From Paraglomus brasilianum (Eukaryota): DNA of 35,896 nucleotides. The notes beneath the pieces are model-generated. The model was not told the origin of the DNA. It did no database searches and saw only the letters and a program-made list of their open reading frames with translations. The position numbers were made by a program, and so were the translations under genes. Location of the stretch: NCBI GenBank assembly GCA_910592345.1, contig CAJVPI010000312.1, forward strand, positions 1 to 35,896, given 5' to 3'. This document shows positions 1 through 12,984 of this stretch, piece by piece (position 1 is the first letter of the stretch; each line of letters opens with the position of its first letter).

Positions 1-360
1 TGATTCCGCACCAGAGGAATACAAGAAACTTGCCGAGCGGTGTTGTGATGCTGATCTTGATAAGCGTCCAGATGCATATACACTTTATAATATTATTTAC
101 GAGCTTAAATACGGTATTTCTGATTACAACACGTGGAATGCTGTTTATCATAGTGATGTAAAACCCTTATCGCGTCTCGAGAAGGAGAGTAAATATTCTA
201 GTACGTTCTTACCTACTGGAGATCTACCTAAACCGAGAAATAGTTATGATTTGGATTCAGCTGCAGGTATGGGGTTACATGTTGATACAATGAAGTTAAT
301 TTACAAATATTAACACCGTCCACTGCTTATAATTTAGCGACTCAAACACTCTTTGAATGA
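1..360 (+). CDS. 3' end of a protein kinase (TKL-like family expanded in Glomeromycotina); 5' part lies outside the window
   Basis: Frame from nt 2 reads DSAPEEYKKLAERCCDADLDKRPDA (kinase subdomain XI, C..D..KRP) then ...LPTGDLPKPRNS. GT-AG intron 267-337; short last exon ATQTLFE* ends TGA at 358-360. Confidence 0.8.
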
Positions 361-617
361 ACTTGCAATTCGCGGTTTACTTACAGTTCATCCGCGTTTT
401 TGGGACTGTTGTGTATTTTTTTGTAATTATCTATACATGCACAAAACACGCATCTGAGTTTACTCGTTTTTCCAATTAAATACGATACACATCACCTTTT
501 AGTCACTTGAATATGTAGGAAACATAATGTTCATTATTTATTGCAGAGTAAAATATTGAAAACTAAGCACCTAAGGTTTCCGAAATTGATAATGACTGAT
601 GTTGTCTGTCGTATGTA

Positions 618-644
618 CACCCACCTAGAAAAAGTATCTGGACA
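618..644 (+). mobile_element. Possible solo Tc1/mariner-type terminal inverted repeat
   Basis: TA|CACCCACCTAGAAAAAGTATCTGGACA: TA-flanked CA start. Its reverse complement matches TGTCCGGAGACTTTGTCTA at 2728-2746 at 16/19 positions. Confidence 0.3.
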
Positions 645-2039
645 TCTCCAGGTTTTTTGTGATTAAAAAGTTGATATCTCGGTAATTTTCTTATCGATTT
701 GCATGCTCTTCTGTTTGTTATATTTCTTGACAACCCAACCTATTTTTACTACTATGAACATAAAGCCATATGCTGATCGTTAACTAAATGTGCATTTTGA
801 TGGGCTATCAAAGGAAAAATTATAACGCGCGATCATTGCATCGTCTCGTGTGAAATTTTGTTCACGCATTTAGAACGAAATTCAGTCGCTTGCAAATTCA
901 CTAGCACCAACAATTTTTAATCGATAACCATTTCTTCGAGAAAATCATGCCATCCTTGTGGTCCACGGTTGGTTGAAGAATAGATTCAAAAGATTGTTCC
1001 GTTGAAATCTGATAGTGAAAGTTTGAATTGCGGCTCGGCCTTATCAGCTGGCGAAACCATCACAGACTCGATCGAGAATGTCAAAGACCCACTGTTTAGT
1101 TGAATACATTTTTAGAATATTTCACAATTGTACTCGGATATATGCGTGACTTTACCTTCTCACTATTTTTGTTCTCTGTGTTGTGTTTGCACACAAGAAT
1201 TTCCGAGATTGCAAAGTGCATCAGTAAACATATCCAATTAATTGGCATAGCGATCAATTCAAGACTGAGTTGTATGCAGTAAAAACTACTTTACCTTGTG
1301 GATCAACATTTCCAAAATGCGACAGTGGCAAAGTCCGTTACTTCAAATTTCTACTTAGATGATGCAGGAGATGTGTTTTCTTGATGGTTCGATTCGACGG
1401 AAAGCTCCTGCACTTTGTCAGCTGCAGCAAACTTTGGAGCATTCCTTATCAGTTTCTAGATCGTTTAAAGTCGTAAACATTCATATCAATGTTTCAAGCA
1501 AGACAGTAACGCGCCTCGCTGATTCAATCTAAATTTGCTAATTTTCGAGACCGCGTCTGCCAAACTCTATGACTCTATCATCATTGCACTAAATTGAACA
1601 AAAATAATTAGAGCATACATTCTCTCCTATAGTTTTTTTTAAAATGACAGCTGTCTAATAACGTCTGGGCACGCGTGGAATGATTGGACTAAAACATCAA
1701 ATGGGGAAGCGCTCCTGCACAGCAATTTAAACGTACTTATTAATTATTACAAGGCCCTCTGGTCTAGTTCCTAGCTCTAGCACGGCATTCTTGTTACAAT
1801 CCAATCCAGTAATACTTTTCTTAGCGGTAAGACAGTCAAACATACTTTTTTTTTTTTGCATAGGTCGAAGAAAACAATTGCAAAAGACGTCTGAATATGA
1901 ACTGTATATGGTTCTCTAAGTCGGTAAGCTCTGCCTGCATTATTGAATGTATTATGAAGCTTAATTTTATTTTTATTATTGTGTATAAGTTTAGAATCAA
2001 ACTTCTACACCAAATACGTGGTATAATACAATTAACTTA

Positions 2040-2752
2040 CTTAATCAACACAGATTAACCATGCCTTCCATTTGCGAATACGCCCTGTCTAATTCATCTC
2101 ACAGACGTTCAATGGGATTAAGATCAGATGATTTGGATGGTCAATTGCCAAGCATTTTAATATTGTTTTGATTTTTCTAATTGGTAATATTATCTTGTTG
2201 AAAAGCTTACTCTTTATCCTTGAATATATGGTAACAGATTTTTTTTCCCCATTTTAACAACATAGTTCCAACGATCAAAATTTACATTCAAATATTACTA
2301 ACGGACCTAATCTTTTCCTGAAGAACAGTTCTGTATTGTTTAATCGTGGGAACAAAAACCTCGATATTATTGCGTGTACTCCAAACTCCTTGAGGACTTC
2401 ATTTTTAAAGATAGTGAATTTAGATTCGTCGCTCCAAATGACAGTTCGATGCTCAGTACACCAATTCAATCATGCCACGCGCTGTTTATCAGTCGAAAAC
2501 GGCTTGCTATCCGTGAATTTAATCCGATTTTGTGCAAGTTGCGACGAATCGTTCTAATAATTTCAAGTTTGCTTAAATTCTGAGAGTTTCATTGTAACTT
2601 ATTTTGTGTCAGTTAATATCAAAGCAGGTTTAGAAATAACAGCGGGAGAAACAAAGTAGCTTTTGTTTACAATAACAACTTTTCAGATATACAGCACGCG
2701 TCACAAAATTTCATGCCCGTACAAACTGTCCGGAGACTTTGTCTACCCACTA
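2040..2752 (-). mobile_element. Degenerate Tc1/mariner transposon (transposase pseudogene)
   Basis: Minus-strand fragments IRTIRRNLHKIGLNSRIA / KPFSTDKQRVA*LNWC / VIWSDESKFTIF / GPLVIFE / N*PSKSSDLNPIERL* carry Tc1 helix, first-D and SPDLNPIE motifs with stops and frameshifts. TIR-like end near 2728-2752. Confidence 0.85.
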
Positions 2753-2814
2753 TCCGAAAGCTTAAAAGCAGTAGATGTTACGTGTATTAATAAATTAATA
2801 TAACAACCTCCGTA

Positions 2815-3155
2815 ACAGCGTTGTTTTATTGAATGCATCAATCTTATTAGAAGGATATCCGGGATATTGTCCCACACTAATCTGGACTGTTAGAGAACCA
2901 ATCCATAGCAGTAGAAACATTTATCTTAGAAATGCAACTGGTATGTCCTGCCGTAGTCGCCATTTGCCCTTTAGCATGCTCCTTACCTCTGGCAGACGTG
3001 TCTCTAATATTTCAGTATAATATTTTACATCCATCATCACTAAATTCCAATTGTCATCTATGTGCGTTTTGGTCATTCGATACACTTTTGCTTGTGATCA
3101 TAGGAATACCAAAAGGTTGTGCATTTCGATATCCATGCTCAGTCAATGCCCTCGC
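2815..3155 (-). mobile_element. Second degenerate Tc1-type transposase fragment (different subfamily)
   Basis: Minus-strand pieces EHGYRNAQPFGIPMIT, MDVKYYTEILETRLPEVRSMLKGKWRLRQD, HTS, MDWFSNSPD and WDNIP..LIRLMHSIKQRC match the Tc1 DDE region with deletions. Confidence 0.75.
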
Positions 3156-3310
3156 TAATCTCTAAATTACTCTGTTGAACATATTTCATCACATTATCAA
3201 GTCCTATGATTGCATCCTTGCTTTTAACCTCCTTTCTCTTTCCTCTTCTTCTGATTGTTTCTCCCCTCTCCATTTACCATTTCTACAATAGCAATATCGT
3301 ATCAGAGTTA
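3155..3310 (-). mobile_element. Possible pogo/Tigger (CENP-B-like) transposase C-terminal fragment
   Basis: Reads IAIVEMVNGE..(purine-rich linker)..EVKSKDAIIGLDNVMKYVQQSNLEIS, resembling the C-terminal helix of fungal pogo-type transposases. Recognised by eye only. Confidence 0.4.
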
Positions 3311-3659
3311 AAGAAATTGGAAGATTATTTGCGAAAGGGTTTGTCCAAACTATATTACAGAAAACAATGTATATGGTATAATATTATTCAACAAGTAAAC
3401 TATATTAAGATGCACATGCTAGAGCTCATTTTAACATGTTAAACAGAGCTGGGAACATAACGTTGAACATATATAACTCAGGCGTTTGTGTGAGTAAGAC
3501 TCGAATCTATTAACCATAAACGTATGATCGATTCACCGAGTTCTCACGCATGTTATTTCATGTTGTAAAACGCGTAAATCGGTGTTGGTATAATAGAATA
3601 GTTTATTAAATCTACGTGGAGACGTTTCTTTTTTGAAGAGATAGACTGTAATTCTGTAA

Positions 3660-4370
3660 ATACTATTCTGCCGTAACCTTCTCACACCATGTACTTCGGT
3701 TATATTCTTAATACCCGATAAAGATATAAGTTGGGTAAGACTGTAATTGTACCTTCTGATGGAATGAGCATACTAGTAGTTCCTCTATAGATAGAGAAAA
3801 AAGAGAGTACTTCATTAGTTATAAAATGAGCAGGCATTTAATAAAACCTATACAAAATGTCGTACGTACGTATCATAACCTCTTCTTCAAAGAATGGGAC
3901 ATCGGCATCGACGTATCTGGGTTCGATATTTTTGCGAAAAAACTTTGGATAAAATGCTAATGGTTATAGATGTGCCGTCTTGAATGACGATAGAAGCAGA
4001 ATGTTGATAGTATTTCCAAGGTCCATTACGACCAGTGTAATGTCACTGATTTATTTTCCCAGTTGACAGATTAGGCCCTTTTCGACACGAACTATCTTTG
4101 TTCCGCTAATCCACGACTACTGAGTAATCGACAACCCGTTGGAGTGGGAATAATGATGTATGCTAGGTAAGCGAATTGGTCAACAAAGTTTAAGTGTTGT
4201 GCAACATAAAAAACATAACAAGAGACATACCGAATAAGTACTGGTGCACAAAAGCACTCTAGTAATGTTAGGTTTAGGTGGATTTCTTGTATTGGAAACG
4301 GACAGTGAACGCTTGAACAATATTATGACGGTTGTCAAAAGAACACATTGTTGAACACATCACGTGATGA
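3660..4370 (-). pseudogene. Spliced gene remnant of unknown family
   Basis: Two canonical GT-AG introns (GTATGT...CCTAG near 4231-4165; GTACGT...CTATAG near 3869-3785) join segments NPPKPNITRVLLCTSTYS, HTSLFPLQRVVDY, FYPKFFRKNIEPRYVDADVPFFEEEVMI and ELLVCSFHQKVQLQSYPTYIFIGY*EYNRSTWCEKV. In-frame stops and a frameshift are present. Confidence 0.45.
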
Positions 4371-5393
4371 TAGAGAAAAGGATGTTTTCGGAATAGGATA
4401 ATGGCGTGTTCTTTGTTTTCGGCTAGAACAGCTTTATAAATTTGATGCACTTGGTATAATCGTGATGTCATCACAATTTTAGTTTGCGGCTCAACATTCA
4501 ACCGACAATGGAAGCAAATGTCTCATAGCCATGTGATTTTGATGGGCTCCGAAGTTAGGGCCGGTTATTCCGGAGATTACGTGTGAGAAAAGAAAAAAAA
4601 AATACATGTAATTCAATTAAATATCCGTGAACCTGCATGATAAACATGGCGCAGAGAGAGAATTAAATTTTTGTTGAAGTTATCGACTTGTTGGTGTGGT
4701 GTTGTCCTTTTTTTCTTTTTTTTTTTTCTTTTTTTTTTCCTCTTTGATAGCATGCCGGTCGGGTAACAATCATTTAAGTGATTCTGTGTGTGACATAAAT
4801 GTCAAATATCATTATCATTATGCAAGTGAGTTTCAATGATACGATAGTCGTACTAGTGTTACTATACTGTGGGAAGGTCATTATTAAGTATAACGGAATA
4901 TTCTGGAATAGTATTGATTGATATACATAAATATATAATATACAATAGATTGTGTAATATATTATATAATAAGATATCTGTTGTGTTGCTCCATCTTTGG
5001 TTAACGTTAATCATCAGTATAAATATATACTTTTATTTAACATAACCATTTATAGTAATCTGTTCTCAGTATATCATCGACTTTTATCATTGGCCAGTAT
5101 TGAAGCGGTGCAACGCTCGTACAACAAAATATCATGAACGACATGTATGATAATCATACAGACGAATGCTATCACAAACAAAAGATAACGTTGTTATCAG
5201 CTAAAAAGAATTAAGCAACTGACACAAAGAGAGATTGGTCGGAATGCGTGTGTTCATCTCTCACATCGTGCATTAATACATATTAATTTTTATTGACATT
5301 GATGTGATTATTTTTTACTCGTCTCCCCTTCTTCGCATCAAATTGCGATTATCTCCGCCAGGGCAAGATGACAGATGTTGAGATGCAATCTAT

Positions 5394-5394
<1 letters not shown>

Positions 5395-5433
<39 letters not shown>
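5395..5433. repeat. (ACA)13 microsatellite
   Basis: Perfect trinucleotide run. Confidence 0.95.
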
Positions 5434-5487
5434 TCCCTTGCTTCATTCAGTGTTGTGTTCTATCTACACTTATTTTACATACATCCT

Positions 5488-5592
5488 CATCTATATCTAT
5501 ATCTATATCTATATCTATTGTTGTGTATGTGTTGTGTGTGTGTATGTGTGTGTGTAGTGTATGTGTGCAGTGTATGTGTGTAGTGTATGTGT
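5488..5592. repeat. (CTATAT)n followed by imperfect (TG)n microsatellite
   Basis: Directly visible; explains spurious ORF 5368-5583. Confidence 0.9.
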
Positions 5593-6452
5593 TATCAGTA
5601 TTGTGCGCAGTATACATAACTTTCTTTTTTTACAATAGCAGCAATTAAATAATGATTGTCAATGTGCTTGTGCAGTCGTAAATAGAATTTTCGCAGAACA
5701 GCAATGAGTAGTGTCACTTGGGTGCATATCAAGGTCAAGTATAGTAGGATATGACACATACATTCCATATGGAACAGCCCTTGCGTCAGGATTTTCTATT
5801 GCAGACATAATAATCACTTTATCTTCATAAAAGTCAAAGAAACAGGAGATTATGACACCACCAATAGAGGAGAGGGAGAGGGAGGAGGAGAGAAACGATT
5901 AGCTGTCATATGTTGCTCCTATATATGTGATACGATAGCTACCATCTCTCTTATGTTTAGCTTCTTTACATACAGATATACACTTCCCATCCCCATCTCA
6001 TTCATCTATCCAAATGTGTGTGAGAAACTGAATTTAAAAAACTCGTCACTTTCCCTTTTCTCTCATTTACCCTCTTTTTCTATATGCTTCTATAAAAAGT
6101 AAGCCGATTGTAGGGTTATGCGACAATTACTTCATTCGCTTCATGACCCCCAAACAATTCCCACTCATCCAATCGTCTATCTGACATACCAAAAATACGC
6201 AAATAAAGAAATCTAAATGAACACAATACAACCGATTGTACTTTGATAGATAAATGCCGGTATCTTCCACTGCGAACGGACCACATCTTTGTCATATGTG
6301 GATAAGATTTGCAGAATGGGGTTGATTGTTGGGGGAAAAGACGATTAATAGGACAAAGTTTAAAGCATATCAGGGGCTAGCGAGGGTAAAAAAATTTGAT
6401 TTGGGGGAATATTTTGATAGGAGGAAAGAAGCAAGTGTGCGAATGAGTACTT

Positions 6453-6725
6453 GAATGACAATAGGGTACTAGAATGACAATAGTGTGCTAGAATGACAAT
6501 AGTGTACTAGAATGATGAGAGTACGGAAACAACGGAAACAACGGCAACAAGGACAAGGAAACGGACAAGGACAAGGACAAGTACAAGTACAGTAGCAACA
6601 CAACAACTATTGCTGCAGCAATGACAGCAACAGAGAACACAATAACAATGACAGGGACAAGGACGATGGCGACGACGAGACAATAACGATAACGATAACG
6701 ATAACGATAGCGATGACAACAACGA
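6453..6725. repeat. Compound mini/microsatellite: 19-bp GAATGACAATAGtGTaCTA x3, then GGAAACAAC, ACAAGG and ACGATA runs
   Basis: Units directly visible; explains spurious ORFs 6488-6781 and 6507-6788. Confidence 0.9.
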
Positions 6726-8494
6726 CATTTGACAATGAACAAAAAAGTACAGCAATACGCATACTTGCAGTTTGTAGTCACATCTCAATAATGCACAAAG
6801 GAGAATTGTCCACTGCTTCAGATCGGTTTCTTGTTCGCCTTAAGCGGCACTTGCAAACAACGTGGATAGACAGATCAAGAAATGTATACGCAACCAAGCT
6901 ATTTCCTCTCCATTGATAGAATAACTGATACAGGTAATGTCGCGCAGGCCCAATGTTCCAGAATGACAAAAATATCATAGTCTTTTTTCCTTTTTTTTTC
7001 TTTTTTTTTTTTTCTTCAATAGAAAATGCCATAAAAGTTCACGAAACAATAATAATTAACAATCAACGCACATGACGTCAGTGTTCTTTGTATTCTCTCG
7101 AATCAAAATTTTTATCGGATATGTACTATTCGATACATAGCAAGCAAATCACATGCAACTGTAATTGAATTCCTCACCCTTCATCCTCACCCTAACCACC
7201 TCACCCAATCACCCTCCCATCCAACCCAAGCCAACCCCCCACTTCGAAACAAACAAGGAACCCAATATTTTTGTTATTTTTTTTATTCATCACAAAAGTT
7301 CATTCAATTTGCCCTCATCCATTTCCCCCCTTCCCCCCATCCCCCATGCATGACGCACGGTCGACTACATGGCAATAATAATAGCTGTTGTTACTATTAT
7401 TATTGTGACCTATATTTTTATCTTGTTCGATAGCTAGCTTGTGAGTAAATGAGCGAAATTGATTTTGCCAAGTATAGTCTAATAATTATTAGGACCTTCT
7501 CTCGCACACCCATTCTCACTAGTAATAATCGGGAAAAATAAAGAATAAAAAAGATTCTGTAACAGGACTGTACGCTGATATGATAATAACCCAACCCAAA
7601 CCAAAACAACCGCAATATTTACTATTATATTGATGATAGACAAGCTGCAGCATCACGCCAGTACTATCGTCTGTCATACCACCTAAATGTACAAGGCAAA
7701 AGAAAGTTCATTTTGTATCTTGTGCATATTCACACAAATGTACAGCTCAAACAGCGCACCACACTTTGTGTTTCATTTATGTTGTTGTAGAAACTAATCA
7801 AATACTTTTATTGGGTTTTTTTTCCTTACTTTCCATCATTTAGAACATCAAACCACATTGCTCATTCTTTGTGCAAGTATTTGTATTACCTCTTTGACCT
7901 TTCACAAATATTATGAAAGACTAGCTCTTCGACGTAAGATATAAAGAAGCAACCATCGTAAATGCGTATAATTGTGGCATATAATCTAAGTAAAACTGTA
8001 TATACAAGTTGTAAAGTTTTTTTTTGTTATAGAAAATGCGTAGGATAATTCATAAAACGTTCATAATTGAATTTTTTTAGAGAAAAAAAATAAAGGAGAA
8101 TGAATATCGTTAAAGGGGGGGGGGGGAATGCTCGTTAAGAAATAAAATTTCTGAAAGAAAAAAAATGTACAAATTGCGGTAAAAGATATAACTATGTGAA
8201 ATGTGTAACTAATAAAGACCCATCATCAATAGAATGAGGATGATTTTTTTTTTTTTTGAAAAAACGAATTGTCCATTTCCGAAGAAAAGTGAGTGATGTA
8301 GAATCACCCGAATAATAAAAAAAAGAGATAGGACCATAAAAACTGTCCCGTTTTTTAAATTGTCTATTATCCCAAAACCGCCTCGCCATGCCCAAACCAA
8401 AAAAGTGTATAGCCTTTATTCCATTGATCCCATCTCTACTCACAAAAAAAATTAAACCCATCTAAGTTCGCAATATCATTACACACCCACCACC

Positions 8495-8556
8495 CTTTCT
8501 CTCCCTTTCCCTTTCTCTCCCTTTCCCTTTCTCTCCCTTTCTCCCCTTTCTCTCCG
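8495..8556. repeat. Polypyrimidine repeat (CCCTTTCTCT/CCCTTT)n in the 3' UTR of the zinc-finger gene
   Basis: Directly visible, about 20 nt after the stop codon of the minus-strand gene. Confidence 0.85.
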
Positions 8557-8576
8557 TTCTATTTATCTATTTCATT

Positions 8577-9830
8577 TCAATGCAAATCCGAGTATCTTCT
8601 CCTCGTCTTCATGTTTTGCACCTCGGGCGAGCTTCTACATGTTTCTTCCATCTTAAAGTGCCTTCGTAAAGCATCCGTTCGTGCAAATGCCTTGTGGCAA
8701 CATGGACACTGATATGGCTTGACACCCGTGTGCACTCTGATATGTCTCTGCAGATCGTGTTTCCTAGAGAATGATCGTGGACACATGGGACATTGATATG
8801 GACGAGCAGGTGAATGAGATCGCAAATGTGCTTTTAGGTTATATAATCGACTAAAGGTCTTTGGACAATCTTCGTGAGGACATTTGATCATTTGTTGCTG
8901 TTGCTGTGTCGGCTGCTGCTGTTGTCCATTTGCACCTGCGCCAGTTTGCGTTTGCTGCGGAGCTAATTGGGGAGACGATGATGATGATGCTGGGTCTATT
9001 GGAGACGTTACAGAGTTTGCGGCAAATTCGTATGGGAATGAAAGGCCACTCTGCGGCTGGAACGTATTCCGTGTCAACGCGTCCGGTGGCACCATTGCAG
9101 GCCAAATTGTAGATTGGTTGAGAGTAGGGACGAGGGGAGCGCCATCGTTTGTTGGTTCATAGATAATAAAGCGCATTTGATCCATGGATTGAGGTACTGT
9201 AGGGTTGGGTTCGAAGGGTGGTGGTTGATTGATTATGTCATAATATGAAGTTGTATATGGTTGGAGGTTGTCGGAGAACGAGTAGGAGGGAAAGTCGTTT
9301 GGAGGCATGGTAGGTGAGGTAGCGGAAGCAAAGCTTGCTTCGCTCGTACTGTCTTCTTCGCATAGCTGACTGTAGTAAGTGAGTTGTGGGAGTGTATTAT
9401 CAAACTCGCCCAATAGTATGTGAGTCGGTGAAGAGCCTCCGCTGGAAACTGCCGAGTCGACATCCAATATGCTGCCATAAGCGTTGTATTCTTCAGACTT
9501 GATGGATGATATGCCACTGTCTATTGCTGACGAGGCATTTGAGGGCGAACTGTTGTTAATCTTGTTATTTGTCGAAGTAGAAACAGCGGCACGTTTGTTA
9601 TTCGTCTGTTCGTTGAACACGAACGCTGCTCCATTCTGTTGTTGATTGTTGTTCGTAGACGAAACTGCGCACGTACTGACTTGTTGTTTCTGCGGGAAAA
9701 TCTCCGACTTTAGGAAAGAGTCTGTCGAGTCGACGTTATCGAATGTGTTTTGGTTGAGGGCGCAGTTGAGACTGTCGAGCGATTCCATGTAGGGCATGTT
9801 AAGAAAGGTGTTTCCGGCTAGTGCTGTCAT
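8577..9830 (-). CDS. C2H2 zinc-finger transcription factor with Crz1-like finger array (417 aa from first ATG, intronless)
   Basis: Long open frame with an S/N/Q/P-rich N-terminus. Fingers CPHEDCPKTFSRLYNLKAHLRSH, CPMCPRSFSRKHDLQRHIRVH and CPCCHKAFARTDALRRHFKMEETC with RPYQ/TGVKPYQ linkers. First in-frame ATG is at 9830; the ORF track's GTG at 9914 is unlikely in a fungus. Confidence 0.93.
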   Translation of the reverse strand: MTALAGNTFLNMPYMESLDSLNCALNQNTFDNVDSTDSFLKSEIFPQKQQVSTCAVSSTNNNQQQNGAAFVFNEQTNNKRAAVSTSTNNKINNSSPSNASSAIDSGISSIKSEEYNAYGSILDVDSAVSSGGSSPTHILLGEFDNTLPQLTYYSQLCEEDSTSEASFASATSPTMPPNDFPSYSFSDNLQPYTTSYYDIINQPPPFEPNPTVPQSMDQMRFIIYEPTNDGAPLVPTLNQSTIWPAMVPPDALTRNTFQPQSGLSFPYEFAANSVTSPIDPASSSSSPQLAPQQTQTGAGANGQQQQPTQQQQQMIKCPHEDCPKTFSRLYNLKAHLRSHSPARPYQCPMCPRSFSRKHDLQRHIRVHTGVKPYQCPCCHKAFARTDALRRHFKMEETCRSSPEVQNMKTRRRYSDLH

Positions 9831-10004
9831 AGAGTGTGGGATAGAGGGATATATAGCGTTATCGATATAGATTGTGGTTGTATAGTTATTCAGAGTAATT
9901 GTCGTTGTTTTCACGTTGTTTTTCTCCTTGATAAAATTTAAGTTGTCTAACGGTGGTATGATTTTTTACCGTTGAGTGAGAAAGGTTCAGAGGGGGAGGC
10001 TTGG

Positions 10005-10012
10005 TTTATATA
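10005..10012 (-). promoter_or_regulatory. TATA box of the zinc-finger gene
   Basis: TATATAAA on the minus strand about 175 nt upstream of the ATG, followed by a CT-rich tract. Confidence 0.55.
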
Positions 10013-11238
10013 TCTTGGAGATTATCAGTTGAGTAATAGTAAAAAAAATCAATAGATGCGTTGTTATATTGTGTTGCAATAAATATTAATTAATTTTTAT
10101 GCTTTGAGTACAATTGAATATGTCAAATGCAAAACTGTTCCTCACCCGAGGTTTATATATAGTGTTTGACTTGTAGTATATAATAATTAGAGTAGTGTAT
10201 TATTTATACAACAATTTATACGGGCCACAATATATATACATATTCTATTATTGATGTAGATGTTGATAGCACAAGCTTTTAAATACCAATGAAGGAGAAT
10301 AAATAACTATAATAGCCAAATAATGTTATTATACTTTTTATACATGAGTCGAACATTATGTAAAAAGGGGCATTTCTCATGCAAAAAAAGAGGGTACATG
10401 TGTCAAGAATGTATCATCATTTATTTAGTGGTCGAAACCATGGAGAATTTATTACGAGACCAATGTCCCAATATAATCCAAGCTATCCTCGACCTGAACA
10501 TTACTCATTACCATCAACGTTATCATGCATACGTATTTTCTTTCCATCTGGAATTTGCTTTTCTCGTACTCTTTCACCACCCCCCCCCCTCTCACCGAGT
10601 CATACATGACACATCGTCCATAGTCTACCTATTTCATCCAATCATCTCCGCACCCCTATTTATAGATTATATCTCGGCCTTTTTGATTATATGCTCTAGA
10701 TCTTCCAGATGCTTCCGTCCAACCTTAACCGACTTGGGCCGAATATTCCTAAATGCTGACGTAATAGCTATAGTAATAATATTCAGCGGGTGTTTGATAG
10801 TGGGAAATGCGCGATGCAAGCCAGTACGAAACAGAGCGATAAGAGCAAAACGAACAAGAACAATATACAATGGACTTGTAATAATGAATGACCAATGGTA
10901 ATAGGCGCCATGGTAAGGATACGAAATGCACGATAAATGACCATTAAATCAATATTAATATTAATATTTAACTTGATCGACACTACCAGCTACTTCTATT
11001 TGTCCCTTCCAATCTCGCCTTTCTGTCCCGAACCCTATTTATTTTATATGCTTGGCAATTGTTAATAATAGTTAATCCGCAACGACACCTTTCTCCTCAT
11101 GCACGTAGTGTACGTGGCGAGTGTTCATTGAACGATGATATAATATTACGTATCGCATCAATCATTACAAAACGTTTTTCCCTTGTCATATGAAGAAGGA
11201 ACTTGTGTATCTAGTATGTTACATGTAATGCACTCTTA

Positions 11239-11355
11239 CTCCCCCCACCCCATCTTCTCCCCCTCATCCTCCACTTTTCCCCCCGCTCCCCTATTCCTCC
11301 CCTCCCCTCCCCTCCCCTCCCCTCTCCCTCCTTTCCCTCCTCCCCCATCACCCCA
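11239..11355. repeat. C-rich polypyrimidine tract with (CCCCT)n
   Basis: Directly visible; reads (GGGGA)n on the minus strand. Confidence 0.9.
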
Positions 11356-12984
11356 AATGATATGGCCGACTATTTGGATGAGTCATTTAATTGTTATGTA
11401 AAATAATGGAATACGATTTGCTATATCCAAAACTGGACGCTCACGAGGTGTGTGACGAGCAAATTAACACAGCATTAGAGTTGTTATTATTATTATTATT
11501 ATCATCATCATCATCACCACAACAATAATCCGGGAACATAACAAAAAACAGAGACTGATAACAAATGGGTAAATGATAAGGGGGTGGTGGGGTGGTGAAA
11601 CTTTTTTCCATTTGTGATTATCGGTTTTCATTCAACATTCTTTTGATGGGGAAATATTTCCCTACAGACGAATTTATCATCATGTACATAAGAAGAGAAC
11701 AGGGTGATTAGAAATCGTTTGTGGGATGACGTAATTGATGACGACAACAACGATGATAATTCTCGGGATTATATAATATTATTACTTTTATTACTTTATA
11801 ATATCCATAATTATTCTTCATAGTATATTCAAGAGAGACCTCGATCTATCCAGAAAGTTCATTCCGCAGAAATGAGCGACGAGTAATATGTTGTTCATCG
11901 TAAACTCGGTAAGGACCAAATACAAGTAATTACAACCAATTGCGAGTAAATGTAACCAAACACAGTCTAGATAGCAGTACTATGACCTCATACTAACCAC
12001 AAAAAGTATGCGAAATGCAATAGTTACAACAAATAATATATGATTCGCAGACCAAATCCTGTTGGATCTACTATAGCTAACGGCCTATAATGGCATAGTG
12101 CGATACACACAATCCATCATTGTTGTGTCATTAATAAACTCGTTCCACTCGACTAATGCCAAATCCAATAAACTATGTGCAAATTAAGTATAGTTAGAAA
12201 GGAACTCTGTGAAGGAAAAGAACACGAAACGAAAAACAATTGGATACTGATGTCATGTAATTTCTCTCTTGCATTTGCGTATTGTCTGCCAAGACATTAA
12301 AACAACAATATAACTCTATTCATATTCATATATCTTTTTACCTACAAGTATCGTTTTAGTTTTTACAACCGAGGGTCTCTACCCAAGTAGGACAGAATGG
12401 TTGTCAGGAGGATCATTGGTGCTACTGGGAATGAATGGCACAAGGCAGAACGATATAATGTATATACGAATTAGGAAGTGTGAGAAGAATTGTTAGGAAA
12501 TAAGTAGGCAGCAAAATATGCAGTCGCATCTGATGGAAATGCAATGCGTAGCAATAGAACAATCATGTCAGTCAAAAAGCACACATGTATTTAAAATATT
12601 AGCTAGCATTGACTGCTATTGATTGGCTTGACTATTAACTTTTGCTTGAGATAAAGACGACGAGACAATAAGCGAACAAGACAATAAGACAATAGGATAA
12701 TAAAACAATAAGAGAGGGAGAGATCAATAGAAATGTAGGGCAAACAAGATAATATATTAATGATATAAAAAGGTTAATAAGATGTTATTAAATAACAGCA
12801 AACGTTCTTTTTTATAGTAACCTTAATCACTATTTTCGATTGCCAAAAACCTTATCCGAGAAACTTTGAATCGTATTAAACCTAATTAATTTAATATAAC
12901 AGGTTTATTTATTAATAATAAACTACTTTATTGATGGCGACCCCCGAAACAGGAATACAGATATCTGTACACATACACTACATT

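Noticed and set aside
946..1510. Possible decayed gene (LVEE*IQKIVPLKSDSES...)
   Set aside because: Several stops and no family I can support.
10323..10901. 192-aa plus-strand ORF
   Set aside because: No motif; composition typical of translated AT-rich intergenic DNA; lies in the upstream region of the zinc-finger gene.
11649..11662. Perfect palindrome GGGAAATATTTCCC
   Set aside because: Isolated 14-mer with no supporting context.
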